Source: an uncultured Bacilli bacterium
GTDB lineage: Bacteria > Bacillota_I > Bacilli_A > RF39 > UBA660
Assembly (NCBI GenBank): GCA_934087065.1
Contig: CAKOIS010000004.1
Coordinates: forward strand, 419 to 64,418
Length of the DNA stretch: 64,000 bases
Direction: 5' to 3'
In this document: one piece after another, positions 29,639 through 38,968 of the stretch
Layout: the number at the start of each line of letters is the position of its first letter
Position numbering within the stretch: position 1 is the first letter of the stretch
The notes under the pieces: generated by a model
What the model saw: the letters and a program-made list of their open reading frames with translations, nothing else
Told to the model about the DNA's origin: nothing
Database searches by the model: none
Position numbers and translations under genes: made by a program

Positions 29639-30718
29639 CTACTTGCTTCCTAGTTTAACCTTCAAATCAACTGTCTTACCATTTCTAATAACAGTTATAC
29701 TAATTGTCTCTCCTACTTTATGACTATATAATTGATACCTAAACTCAGCTACATCACTTACTTTATTATCTCCTACTTTAATAATTACATCTTCACTTTG
29801 TAGTCCAGCTTTACTTCCAGCACTATTCTTTTCAACATCAACTACAACTACACCCTCAGTAATATCCTTATCAAGTCTAATTCCTGCATAAGCAAGTTGC
29901 ATTGTACTTGTAGCATTAAGCATACTAACACCTATATAAGGTCTACTAATTTTACCATCTTCTCTTAAACTATTTGCATAATTGATAGCGTCTTCTATTG
30001 GAATAGCAAAACCAATGCCTTCAATAGTGTTCTGAACAATTTTCATACTATTAATTCCTATTACTTCTCCATTAGCATTACTTAAAGGTCCCCCACTATT
30101 ACCTGGGTTAATCGCAGCATCTGTTTGCATAACATTCATAATCCAGTCAGCACTAGAGCCATTTATACTAACACTAACCATTCTATCTTTTCCACTTAAA
30201 ATACCTCTTGTTACAGTACCTCTAAAGTTTTTTCCCATTGGACTACCTATAGTAAACACAGTATCTCCAACTTTAACTTCAGAACTCTTTCCAATAGTCG
30301 CAACACTTTTAATTGTATTTTTATCAACTTTTAAAACTGCTATATCTGCATACTCATCACTTCCTACAACCTTTGCTGTAGTCTCAGTATCATCACTATA
30401 AGTAATATTTATAGTTTCAGCTCCTTCAATAACATGATGATTTGTCATAATATATCCATACTCGTCATCAGTATCATATACAAACCCAGTACCAGTACCA
30501 GCTAAAGTATTCTTTTGATAAGTTTCAATTACAACAACTGAATCTTTAACCTTATCAACACTCTCACTAATACCAGTATCAGTAATATTCACGTTCTTTT
30601 CACTTATTGTCTTAACTACACTATTATTAGGAAACAAATACATTGCTCCTACAACAGCACTTACACCAATTAATAAGCCTATAATTACAGTAACAACATA
30701 ACTTATAAACTTTCTCAT
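29639..30718 (-). CDS. htrA: HtrA/DegP-family serine protease with one PDZ domain
   Basis: N-terminal TM, His/Asp/Ser triad with GNSGGPL, C-terminal PDZ. Confidence 0.9.
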   Translation of the reverse strand: MRKFISYVVTVIIGLLIGVSAVVGAMYLFPNNSVVKTISEKNVNITDTGISESVDKVKDSVVVIETYQKNTLAGTGTGFVYDTDDEYGYIMTNHHVIEGAETINITYSDDTETTAKVVGSDEYADIAVLKVDKNTIKSVATIGKSSEVKVGDTVFTIGSPMGKNFRGTVTRGILSGKDRMVSVSINGSSADWIMNVMQTDAAINPGNSGGPLSNANGEVIGINSMKIVQNTIEGIGFAIPIEDAINYANSLREDGKISRPYIGVSMLNATSTMQLAYAGIRLDKDITEGVVVVDVEKNSAGSKAGLQSEDVIIKVGDNKVSDVAEFRYQLYSHKVGETISITVIRNGKTVDLKVKLGSK

Positions 30719-30731
30719 TTTTACACCTTCC

Positions 30732-31673
30732 TTAATCTAAATACATTATATCTTTATAATTACTTGGAAATCCCATCTTTTCTATTACATCATCTATCTT
30801 AATAGAATTAAGTTTACCACTAAGTCTATCTAACTCATAATTAATTTCATTCATCATCATCTTAAAATCAACATCAGTCAAAAGTCTCTTTAGAATAATT
30901 ATCAAAGCAAATATATCATTCTTACCATTTATATACTCCCCATCTATCTTCTGAATATTCAAAATACTATGATATTTTGTATCTGGTATCATCCTCTGAG
31001 TAAAATGATCAAACGTAACATCCTCATGCGCACATAAATTTCTATAGTTTGCTAGTATTGGTAAATAAGTTTCCATCTCTTCAGGCTCTATTTTATAAAC
31101 ACTTGAAATACTAAATTTATCTTCTTCTTTTAAAATACTAAACATTTCACTAATCAAACCAAAACTAATAACCTTAACACCTATCCATAAAGGAATGTAT
31201 CCATAATTATCCATATAATGGCTTGTCGCACCATGCTGTTTACCATTAACTCTAAACTGTCTTTTAACCTTTCTTAATAAATCATTAATTTGTCTAGCCT
31301 TTTCCTTATCATTATCAAAATTACCTGGATTTAAATAATTCTTTTCTTTAAAACCATAATTCTTACTTAATATATAACTAAATATAGATTTATAGTTATT
31401 CTCAACTATTAAGATATTTTTAAATATAATATTCCTAAACATTCTATCAAACACAAATAAACTATACACCTCATCAAAAGTAGTCCCATCTATAAACTTT
31501 CTAGACGCATCTTTCTTCAAAAACACATGTCTATACCCCATAATAAAGAAGTAATTCTCTCTAAGTAAAACTTCTTTAGTATAAGCTTCATCATTTATAA
31601 TAAGTCCCTTTTCCTTTAATATATTTATTTGTTCATCCAGAGTTTTAAAAACTTTTGCTGTACTCATCCTCAC
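30732..31673 (-). CDS. Abi_2 family abortive-infection protein (AbiD/AbiD1/AbiF-like)
   Basis: N-terminus KVFKTLDEQINILKEKGLIINDEAYTKEVLLRENYFFIMGYRHVF matches the Abi_2 (PF07751) family start; ~310 aa typical length. Confidence 0.65.
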   Translation of the reverse strand: MRMSTAKVFKTLDEQINILKEKGLIINDEAYTKEVLLRENYFFIMGYRHVFLKKDASRKFIDGTTFDEVYSLFVFDRMFRNIIFKNILIVENNYKSIFSYILSKNYGFKEKNYLNPGNFDNDKEKARQINDLLRKVKRQFRVNGKQHGATSHYMDNYGYIPLWIGVKVISFGLISEMFSILKEEDKFSISSVYKIEPEEMETYLPILANYRNLCAHEDVTFDHFTQRMIPDTKYHSILNIQKIDGEYINGKNDIFALIIILKRLLTDVDFKMMMNEINYELDRLSGKLNSIKIDDVIEKMGFPSNYKDIMYLD

Positions 31674-31737
31674 ATCACCTAGAATAATTTTATCACAAAG
31701 GTTAAATTATTACCACTTTTTTCACAAACTTTTCGTT

Positions 31738-31944
31738 TTAGTTTACCTTTTTAATAGGTGGTTTAATAGGCATAATTATAGTTGCAAGTATATAAATAAG
31801 TAATCCACTTCCATAAACACATGACAAAATCACCCATAATAATCTAATTAAAGTAACATCTATATCTAAGTATTCACTTATTCCCATACATACACCACTA
31901 ATCATTTTACCTTCATTAACTCTATATAATTTCTTATTTTTCAT
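31738..31944 (-). CDS. PspC-domain membrane protein
   Basis: MISGVCMGISEYLDIDVTLIRLLWV PspC motif + TM. Confidence 0.7.
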   Translation of the reverse strand: MKNKKLYRVNEGKMISGVCMGISEYLDIDVTLIRLLWVILSCVYGSGLLIYILATIIMPIKPPIKKVN

Positions 31945-32433
31945 ACTCTACCTCCACATAAATATAATTACTTCTTATATAGTTACTAACCTTATCATTT
32001 AAAGTGTGCATATACCGATTTAACAAGCTAACTATATAATCACTTCCATACTTTCTTACTACCATTAATTCTACCACATTTAGCTTTCTAAATAAAGAAA
32101 AAACTTTACTTTAAATTAAAACTAAAACAAACACATTTTTATTTAAATACTATAATATTAATTAAGTATTAACTACTAACTCAAATATATTTAATAAATT
32201 AATTTTATAATCATAAACACATTACCTAAGTAACTTATTAGCATCTATATATATTCCATAATAACCTACAATTTTTAAACATTTTATATTTCCAACACTT
32301 CAAACCGAAAAACTTTACATTTTCACATACTTTTTCGGTAAAAAGCACAAAAACTTTGTATATTTAGAAACTTTTTATACTTAAAGGTATATTAAAAGGA
32401 AGTGGAACAAATTCCCCTTCCTTAAATAAATTA

Positions 32434-32832
32434 CTATCTCTTACTGAATTGTGGAGCACGTCTAGCTTTCTTAAGACCATATTTCTTACGTTCTTTAATT
32501 CTAGCATCTCTAGTTATCATACCAGCACCTTTTAAAGTAGGTCTATAACCTTCACTATCAACTTCAATTAAAGCTCTAGCAATACCTAATCTAATAGCAC
32601 CAGTTTGTCCACTAAAACCTCCACCTTTAACAGTAACTTCAATATCATATTGACCATCAGTTCCTGTAAGTACAAGTGGTTGTTTTAAATCCATTACTAA
32701 AGTATCATAAGGCATATATTCATTAACATCAACACCATTAACGATAATACTACCTTTACCACTAGTCATTCTAACTTGAGCTACACTTCTTTTTCTTCTT
32801 CCTGTAGCTGTATAAACTTTCTTATCTGCCAT
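32434..32832 (-). CDS. rpsI: 30S ribosomal protein S9
   Basis: Conserved uS9 sequence ending ...[10 protein letters not shown]. Confidence 0.95.
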   Translation of the reverse strand: MADKKVYTATGRRKRSVAQVRMTSGKGSIIVNGVDVNEYMPYDTLVMDLKQPLVLTGTDGQYDIEVTVKGGGFSGQTGAIRLGIARALIEVDSEGYRPTLKGAGMITRDARIKERKKYGLKKARRAPQFSKR

Positions 32833-32840
32833 AATTCCTC

Positions 32841-33269
32841 CTATAATTCAATCTTTTCAGGCTTTTGAGCTTCATGATTATGATTTTCTCCTTCATAAAC
32901 AAATAACTTCTTGTACATTTGTCTACCAAGTCTATTCTTAGGAAGCATTCCTTTAACAGCTCTTTCAACCATTTCAACTGGATATTGTTCTTTCATAACC
33001 TTAGCAGTTCTTTCTCTTAATCCACCTGGAAATCCACTATGATTATAATATACTTTCTTATTTAATTTGTCGCCAGTTAAATTAACTTTACCAGCATTTA
33101 CTATAATAACTGCATCCCCACAATTAATATGAGGTGTAAAAGTTACTTTATGTTTACCACGTAAGATATGTGCTGCCTTAACTGCAACTTTACCTAAAGT
33201 TTCACCCTCAGCATCAATTAAATACCATTTTGTAGAAACATCTTCATTTCTTAACATAAATGTTTTCAT
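32841..33269 (-). CDS. rplM: 50S ribosomal protein L13
   Basis: Conserved uL13; start assigned to internal Met ([20 protein letters not shown]) matching the uL13 N-terminus; six-frame ORF extends to 33353. Confidence 0.9.
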   Translation of the reverse strand: MKTFMLRNEDVSTKWYLIDAEGETLGKVAVKAAHILRGKHKVTFTPHINCGDAVIIVNAGKVNLTGDKLNKKVYYNHSGFPGGLRERTAKVMKEQYPVEMVERAVKGMLPKNRLGRQMYKKLFVYEGENHNHEAQKPEKIEL

Positions 33270-33538
33270 ATAAATTCTCCTTCTTAATTTTCTATCCTTA
33301 TATATAAGACTTCCCACATCCACATACAAAGATAATTTATAAAAATGTACCAAGAATAATTATACAATAACACATATGAAAAAATCAAGCATAAAATAAC
33401 ACTTTTTACCTAAAACTAGCAAAAAAAATAACCATTTTAACTAAATTTACCCATTTATACAAAACTTTAGTTGACAAACACCAAATAAAATAATAAAATT
33501 ATAATAGAAAAGAAGAGTAAAAATTGGAGGAATTAAAT

Positions 33539-34642
33539 ATGAAAAAGAAATCAAATGCACTTGTATATATACTTTTATTTTTAATAACTATATGTTTAGC
33601 TGGAGGAATTGTTGGTCTAATGGCAAAGAAAAGCGGAGTAAATAATAACTCTGATACAAAAAAAGATCCGAAAGACTTCAAAATAACTTACAAATACTAC
33701 TTAGATGGTGAAGAAGTAAGCGAAATGATTAAACAAGACACAATTCAAGTAGAAAACTCAGAATTTGAAGGTGTAATGGATAAAAAAGATTTATACACAT
33801 ATGATAAATACACTTGTACTAATGAAGTAACTGGTTCTTGGAATAATGAAGAATGGACATTTACTCCAGAATTAACTGCTGACACAACTTGTAGACTATA
33901 TTTCTTAAAAAACTTCCATGAAGTAACAGTAAACACTACTAATGGGTTACTTCCAAACAATACTAATACACAAAAATTCCTAATAGAAAGAAATAACTCA
34001 AAAATAACAAACGTAATTCCAACTGAAGGATATAAAATAGACACGACTAACTTAAAGTGTACTAACGAAGTAAATGCTGTATATAACGAAGAAACAAAAG
34101 ACTTAACAATATCTAATGTTAACAAAGATAGCATTTGTACTGTACCTTTTGCAATAAGAGGCTATGAAGTAGAAATTCAAGTTTCAATGGGAGAAGCTAA
34201 AGAAACTAAAAAAACAGCTAACTTTGGAGACACAGTAACATTTGAAACAACCCCACTTGAAAATTACATATTTGATACAGTTAACTGTACTAACAATCAA
34301 GTTGCAGAATTCGACCAAGTAAGTAACATACTTTCAATAAAAAATTTAAATAACGATACAAAATGTGTAGTACAATTTAAACAAAACAAACATCAAGTTA
34401 GCCTAAAAGTTGTAGGTGGAGCATTAGTTAATGTTAAATCACCTTTATCAGTAGACAACAATGGAACAGCTGTGTTTCCAATAGACAAAAACGAAGGATA
34501 CAAATACACTGGAGCTAAACTAACATGTGATGGAGTAACAGTTGAAAGTGAATTAAGTAGCAACATCTTAAAAATTAAAAATGTAACACAAGACTTAAAC
34601 TGCACATACACTTTAGCAGAAGATACAACTGAAAGCGAATAG
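33539..34642 (+). CDS. Membrane-anchored surface protein with four ~80-aa Cys-pair repeats (Ig-like), unknown function
   Basis: GGAGG RBS before Met-6 (MKKKSNALVY); N-terminal TM; four repeats each with C-T-N-[EQ]-V and C-x-V-x-F motifs. Confidence 0.5.
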   Translation: MKKKSNALVYILLFLITICLAGGIVGLMAKKSGVNNNSDTKKDPKDFKITYKYYLDGEEVSEMIKQDTIQVENSEFEGVMDKKDLYTYDKYTCTNEVTGSWNNEEWTFTPELTADTTCRLYFLKNFHEVTVNTTNGLLPNNTNTQKFLIERNNSKITNVIPTEGYKIDTTNLKCTNEVNAVYNEETKDLTISNVNKDSICTVPFAIRGYEVEIQVSMGEAKETKKTANFGDTVTFETTPLENYIFDTVNCTNNQVAEFDQVSNILSIKNLNNDTKCVVQFKQNKHQVSLKVVGGALVNVKSPLSVDNNGTAVFPIDKNEGYKYTGAKLTCDGVTVESELSSNILKIKNVTQDLNCTYTLAEDTTESE

Positions 34643-34650
34643 CTTAATAA

Positions 34651-34679
34651 GAAGTAATTGTTGAAATTGCTTCTTTTTT
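34651..34679 (+). terminator. Rho-independent terminator
   Basis: gaagtaatt-gttga-aattgcttc stem followed by tttttt. Confidence 0.7.
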
Positions 34680-34768
34680 ATATTATCAAATTGTATGTTT
34701 AATACAACTTATTTAAAAGTATAAAATAGACAATAATACAAAAAATAGAAATAATAACATCGAAGTAA

Positions 34769-34909
34769 AAATGCAAAATAACACTATTTGGTTAAATCAA
34801 GAACAATTAGTTAAATTATATAATTCAAGTAAATCTAATATATCTAAATATATATTTAAAGAAAGAAAATTCAGTTGTTCGGAATTTCCGAACAACTGAA
34901 AATGAAAGT
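34769..34909 (+). pseudogene. RhuM-family (virulence/prophage-associated) gene remnant, N-terminal ~45 codons only
   Basis: Translation IEVK-MQNNTIWLNQEQLVKLYNSSKSNISKYIFKE matches RhuM N-terminal consensus (...RIEVRxxxETVWLTQKQMAELFxxSKSTISEHIKNIF); in-frame stop upstream; ORF ends inside a perfect palindrome. Confidence 0.6.
34881..34909. repeat. Perfect 29-bp palindrome TCAGTTGTTCGGAA-T-TTCCGAACAACTGA
   Basis: 14-bp arms with no mismatches, seen directly; coincides with truncation point of the RhuM remnant. Confidence 0.9.
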
Positions 34910-35068
34910 ATTAGAAAATAAAAATTAATATTTCAATTACATATTGATTTTTATTATTATCATAATAAACAATAATTTACATAAGCTTTTAAACTTATGT
35001 ATTTTTTATTTCAAAAACCTTAAATAACTTTTATAGACAAAAAGCCAATAATCTGTTAAAATTAAACC

Positions 35069-36049
35069 ATGACATGGAATATTAAAAATGTAAAAATTAG
35101 TAATAGAATTGTATTTGCGCCTATGGCAGGAGTGTCTAATATTAGTTATAGACAAATCATAAAAGGTTTTGGTGCTGGTTTAATATACTCTGAAATGATA
35201 AGCACTCTAGGTATTAAATATAATGGAAAGAAAACAATAGACTTAATTAACTTTGAAGAAACCGAGCGTCCAATTAGCATTCAAATATTTGGAAGTGATA
35301 TTACTTCTTTCGTAAGTGCAGCAACATACATTGAAGAAAACTTCCACCCTGACATAATAGACATAAACATGGGTTGTCCTGTTCCTAAAGTAGCAATAAA
35401 AAGTCAAGCAGGAAGTGCCCTACTAAAAGACCCAGATAAAATTTATGAAATAGTTTCCGAAGTTGTAAAAAACACTAACACTCCTATCACAGTAAAAATA
35501 AGAAGTGGATGGGATAACGACCACATTAACGCAGTAGAAGTTGCAAAAAAAATAGAAGAGGCCGGTGCTTCAGCAATTGCTATTCACGCAAGAACTAGAA
35601 GTCAAGGATATTCTGGAAAAGCTGACTGGAACATAATAAAACAAGTTAAAGAAAGTGTTAACATTCCAGTAATTGGTAATGGGGATATACTTACAATATA
35701 TGACGCTAAAAGAATGCTTGAAGAAACAAAATGTGATGCAGTAATGATCGGGCGTGCCACTCTTGGTAACCCATGGTTTATCAAAGAATGCATAGAATAT
35801 GTAGAAAATAATCGCATCATCGATAAACCAACTGACATAGAAAAAATAAACATGATAACAAAACACTATGACTTATTAAAAAAATACACTAGTGAAAAAA
35901 CAGCACTCCTAGAAATCAGAACACATGCTCTATGGTATCTAAAAGGAATACCTGGTATTAAAGAAATAAAAACTAAAATATGTCAGGCTAAAACAGAAGA
36001 GGAGTTTATGTCTATCATAGACGAATTAAAAAATAATATAAATAAATAA
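35069..36049 (+). CDS. dusB: tRNA-dihydrouridine synthase (DusB-like)
   Basis: TIM-barrel Dus motifs (VFAPMAGVSN, catalytic Cys region GCPVPKV). Confidence 0.85.
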   Translation: MTWNIKNVKISNRIVFAPMAGVSNISYRQIIKGFGAGLIYSEMISTLGIKYNGKKTIDLINFEETERPISIQIFGSDITSFVSAATYIEENFHPDIIDINMGCPVPKVAIKSQAGSALLKDPDKIYEIVSEVVKNTNTPITVKIRSGWDNDHINAVEVAKKIEEAGASAIAIHARTRSQGYSGKADWNIIKQVKESVNIPVIGNGDILTIYDAKRMLEETKCDAVMIGRATLGNPWFIKECIEYVENNRIIDKPTDIEKINMITKHYDLLKKYTSEKTALLEIRTHALWYLKGIPGIKEIKTKICQAKTEEEFMSIIDELKNNINK

Positions 36050-36111
36050 GGAGAATTGGATGAAACGTGAATTGGAACTGGTATTAATATAAAACTTAAA
36101 AAATATTAATA

Positions 36112-36732
36112 TTGGAGAAAAAAATGAAAATAAGATTAGAAGAAGAAAAAGACTACAAAATAGTAGAAAACCTAACAAGAGAAGCATTTTGGAATAAATA
36201 TAGACCAGGATGCATGGAACACTTAGTTGTTCATAAATTAAGAAATGACTCTAGATTTATAAAAGAACTAGACTATGTCTTAGAAAAAGATAACAAAATA
36301 ATAGGAAGTATATTCTATTCACTTGGTTACATAAAAACCAAAGATAACAAAGTATTAGATGTACTAATCTTTGGACCAGTCAGTATAGACCCTAATTACC
36401 AACACATGGGATACGGAGAAGCTTTAATAAATTACACACTTGCAATTGCAAAAAAACTAAACTATGATTTAGTACTCATAACTGGAAACCCAGACTACTA
36501 TAAAAAGTACGGTTTTGTTTTGTCTAGCACTTATAGCATATATTACGAAGGATTAGAAAATGAAGAAGCTCCATTCTTTATGGTAAAAGTACTTAATGAA
36601 AAGAACATCACTAAATACGAAGGAATATATACTGACCCTGAAGTATTTAATGTTACCGAAGAAGAAGTGAGTGACTTTGATAAAAACTTCCCACCTAAAG
36701 AAAAACTAGTACTTCCTGGACAACTAAATTAG
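36112..36732 (+). CDS. GNAT-family N-acetyltransferase
   Basis: Acetyl-CoA-binding motif QHMGYGEALINY; ~200 aa. Confidence 0.7.
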   Translation: MEKKMKIRLEEEKDYKIVENLTREAFWNKYRPGCMEHLVVHKLRNDSRFIKELDYVLEKDNKIIGSIFYSLGYIKTKDNKVLDVLIFGPVSIDPNYQHMGYGEALINYTLAIAKKLNYDLVLITGNPDYYKKYGFVLSSTYSIYYEGLENEEAPFFMVKVLNEKNITKYEGIYTDPEVFNVTEEEVSDFDKNFPPKEKLVLPGQLN

Positions 36733-36739
36733 TGATACA

Positions 36740-36776
36740 AAAAGCATGAAACTTGTTCATGCTTTTATTCTTTTTA
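36740..36776 (+). terminator. Rho-independent terminator of GNAT gene
   Basis: aagcatgaa-acttg-ttcatgctt followed by a T-rich run. Confidence 0.7.
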
Positions 36777-37094
36777 AGATTTTTCTAATTTCTTCACTAC
36801 CAAAATTAAGCACCCACACCTCATTATTAGACTTTCTCAAATCTTCTTTAACTGTTTCTTATAATATGTAGAATTCACAGCTTTTTGAATATCTATAATA
36901 TAAAACTCACTTCCATTTTAGATAACATAAATTGACCGCTGACCATTCAAATTACACTTACTTATAATGCTCTTTATATGTTCACACACCATAATTCTCA
37001 TTATATCTATTATGTAACACTTCATAATTTCCCAATTCCGAATTTTTGACAAATGCGTACTTTTTCCAGAGTGAGTTTTTAACATAACTTACTA

Positions 37095-37123
37095 TTGACA
37101 AACCATAATTAATATAGTACAAT
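37095..37123 (+). promoter_or_regulatory. Consensus sigma-A promoter TTGACA-17-TACAAT
   Basis: Exact -35 TTGACA (37095-37100), 17-nt spacer, -10 TACAAT (37118-37123). Confidence 0.7.
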
Positions 37124-37127
37124 AACC

Positions 37128-37345
37128 ACGTAAATCGATGAAGAAGACGAGTAGCATTATATACTGTTAATAGAAAGCTAGGATGATGGAAACTAGCAAC
37201 AAGCCTAATGTGAATAAAAACTTCTAAGTGGCTAACAAGCCCGGATATATTCCGTTATAAATAAGAGATAATCAGTTAATGATTAAGAAGGGTGGAACCG
37301 CAGGTATCTTACTATGCCCCTTTAGTCATTAACTTTTTTATTTAA
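37128..37345 (+). promoter_or_regulatory. T-box riboswitch leader of lysS
   Basis: T-box sequence AAGAAGGGTGGAACCGCAGG (~37283-37302) matching AATTAGGGTGGNACCGCG; GC-enriched structured region; T-run ~37332-37340 before RBS GGAGG. Confidence 0.6.
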
Positions 37346-37363
37346 AAGAAGGAGGAAAAAATA

Positions 37364-38860
37364 ATGGAAAGAAATTTTACAGAACAAGAATTAGTTAGAA
37401 GGGAAAAACTAGAAAAATTAAGAAGTCTTGGACTTGATCCATTCGGTGATAGATTTGATAGAGACTCACTTGCAAATGACATAAAAGAAAAATATAAAGA
37501 CTTAACTCATGAAGAATTAGAAAGCATGGATGAGCACGCTAAAGTTGCAGGAAGAATTATGTTCATAAGAAAAATGGGAAAAGCATCATTCTTCTCAATT
37601 CAAGACAAATCAGGAAAAATACAAATTTATATCTCAATAAACGATATTGGAGAAGAAGATTACACTTTATTTAAAACTGCAGACATCGGAGACATCGTTG
37701 GTGTTGAAGGTAAAATAATGAAAACTATGACTGGAGAAGTTACAATAAAATGTTTAAAATATACTCACTTAGTAAAAGCATTAAAACCACTTCCAGAAAA
37801 ATTCCACGGCTTACAAGACAAAGAAGAAAGATATAGAAGAAGATACGTTGATTTAATAATGAACGAAGAGTCAAAAAGAGTTGCTTTCTTAAGACCAAGA
37901 ATTATAAGATGCATTCAAAACTTCATGGATAATCGTGGATTTACTGAAGTAGAAACTCCAGTACTAACTACTCTACTAACAGGTGCTTCAGCTAGACCTT
38001 TCGTAACGCACCACAATGCTCAAGACCTAGATATGTACTTAAGAATTGCACTAGAACTTCACTTAAAAAGACTACTTGTTGGTGGAATGGACGCAGTTTA
38101 TGAAATTGGTAGACTATTTAGAAATGAAGGAATGGACTTAACTCACAATCCAGAATTCACATCAATGGAAGCATACCTAGCATATAGTGACTTAAACGGA
38201 ATGATGGAAATGACAGAAAGTCTACTTAAAGAAATAGCAAGCAAAGTATTTAACAAAACTACATTTAACTGGAGAGGTCATGAAATTAGTTTAGATGGTA
38301 ACTTCAAAAGAATAACAATGACTGAAGCAATTAAAGAACAAACTGGAATAGATTTCAGTAAAAACTATACTAATGAAGAAATGATTAAACTCGCAGAAGA
38401 ACACGATATAGAACTTGAACCACATGAAAAAGTATTCGGTCATATTGTTAACAAATTCTTTGAAAAATACGTTGAAGAAACACTTATACAGCCAACATTC
38501 TTATGTAATCACCCAATAGAAATAAGCCCACTTACAAAAAAAGACCCAAAAGACCCAAGATTTGTACAAAGATTTGAATTATTTATTGGTGGAAAAGAAA
38601 TGGCTAACGCTTACACTGAATTAAATGACCCAATTGACCAATTAGAAAGATTTGAAGCCCAATTAAAAGAACAAGATTTAGGTAACGAAGAAGCAAACGA
38701 CATAGATATGGACTTCGTAGAAGCTTTAGAATATGGAATGCCACCAGCTGGAGGTATTGGATACGGAATAGATAGACTTGTTATGTTTTTCACTGAAAAC
38801 GAGTCAATTAGAGACGTAATCTTATTCCCATTAATGAAACCCGAAACAAAAGAGAAATAA
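37364..38860 (+). CDS. lysS: Lysyl-tRNA synthetase, class II
   Basis: OB anticodon-binding domain + class II motifs; ends ...GIDRLVMFFT. Confidence 0.95.
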   Translation: MERNFTEQELVRREKLEKLRSLGLDPFGDRFDRDSLANDIKEKYKDLTHEELESMDEHAKVAGRIMFIRKMGKASFFSIQDKSGKIQIYISINDIGEEDYTLFKTADIGDIVGVEGKIMKTMTGEVTIKCLKYTHLVKALKPLPEKFHGLQDKEERYRRRYVDLIMNEESKRVAFLRPRIIRCIQNFMDNRGFTEVETPVLTTLLTGASARPFVTHHNAQDLDMYLRIALELHLKRLLVGGMDAVYEIGRLFRNEGMDLTHNPEFTSMEAYLAYSDLNGMMEMTESLLKEIASKVFNKTTFNWRGHEISLDGNFKRITMTEAIKEQTGIDFSKNYTNEEMIKLAEEHDIELEPHEKVFGHIVNKFFEKYVEETLIQPTFLCNHPIEISPLTKKDPKDPRFVQRFELFIGGKEMANAYTELNDPIDQLERFEAQLKEQDLGNEEANDIDMDFVEALEYGMPPAGGIGYGIDRLVMFFTENESIRDVILFPLMKPETKEK

Positions 38861-38876
38861 CTTTCTCTTTTTTCTT
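38850..38876 (+). terminator. Rho-independent terminator of lysS
   Basis: agagaaa-taac-tttctct + tttttt. Confidence 0.7.
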
Positions 38877-38968
38877 AACCAATAATTATAACATTTTAAA
38901 TGAAATTTTTGATATTTACTTGTAAAACTTTACATTTATATTGTATAATTAAGTAGGAGGTAAAAATT

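Noticed and set aside
36918-37085. 56-codon minus-strand ORF (MLKTHSGKSTHLSKIRNWEIMKCYIIDIM...)
   Set aside because: No RBS, no homology recognised, overlaps the consensus promoter and start of the T-box leader on the other strand; probably spurious.
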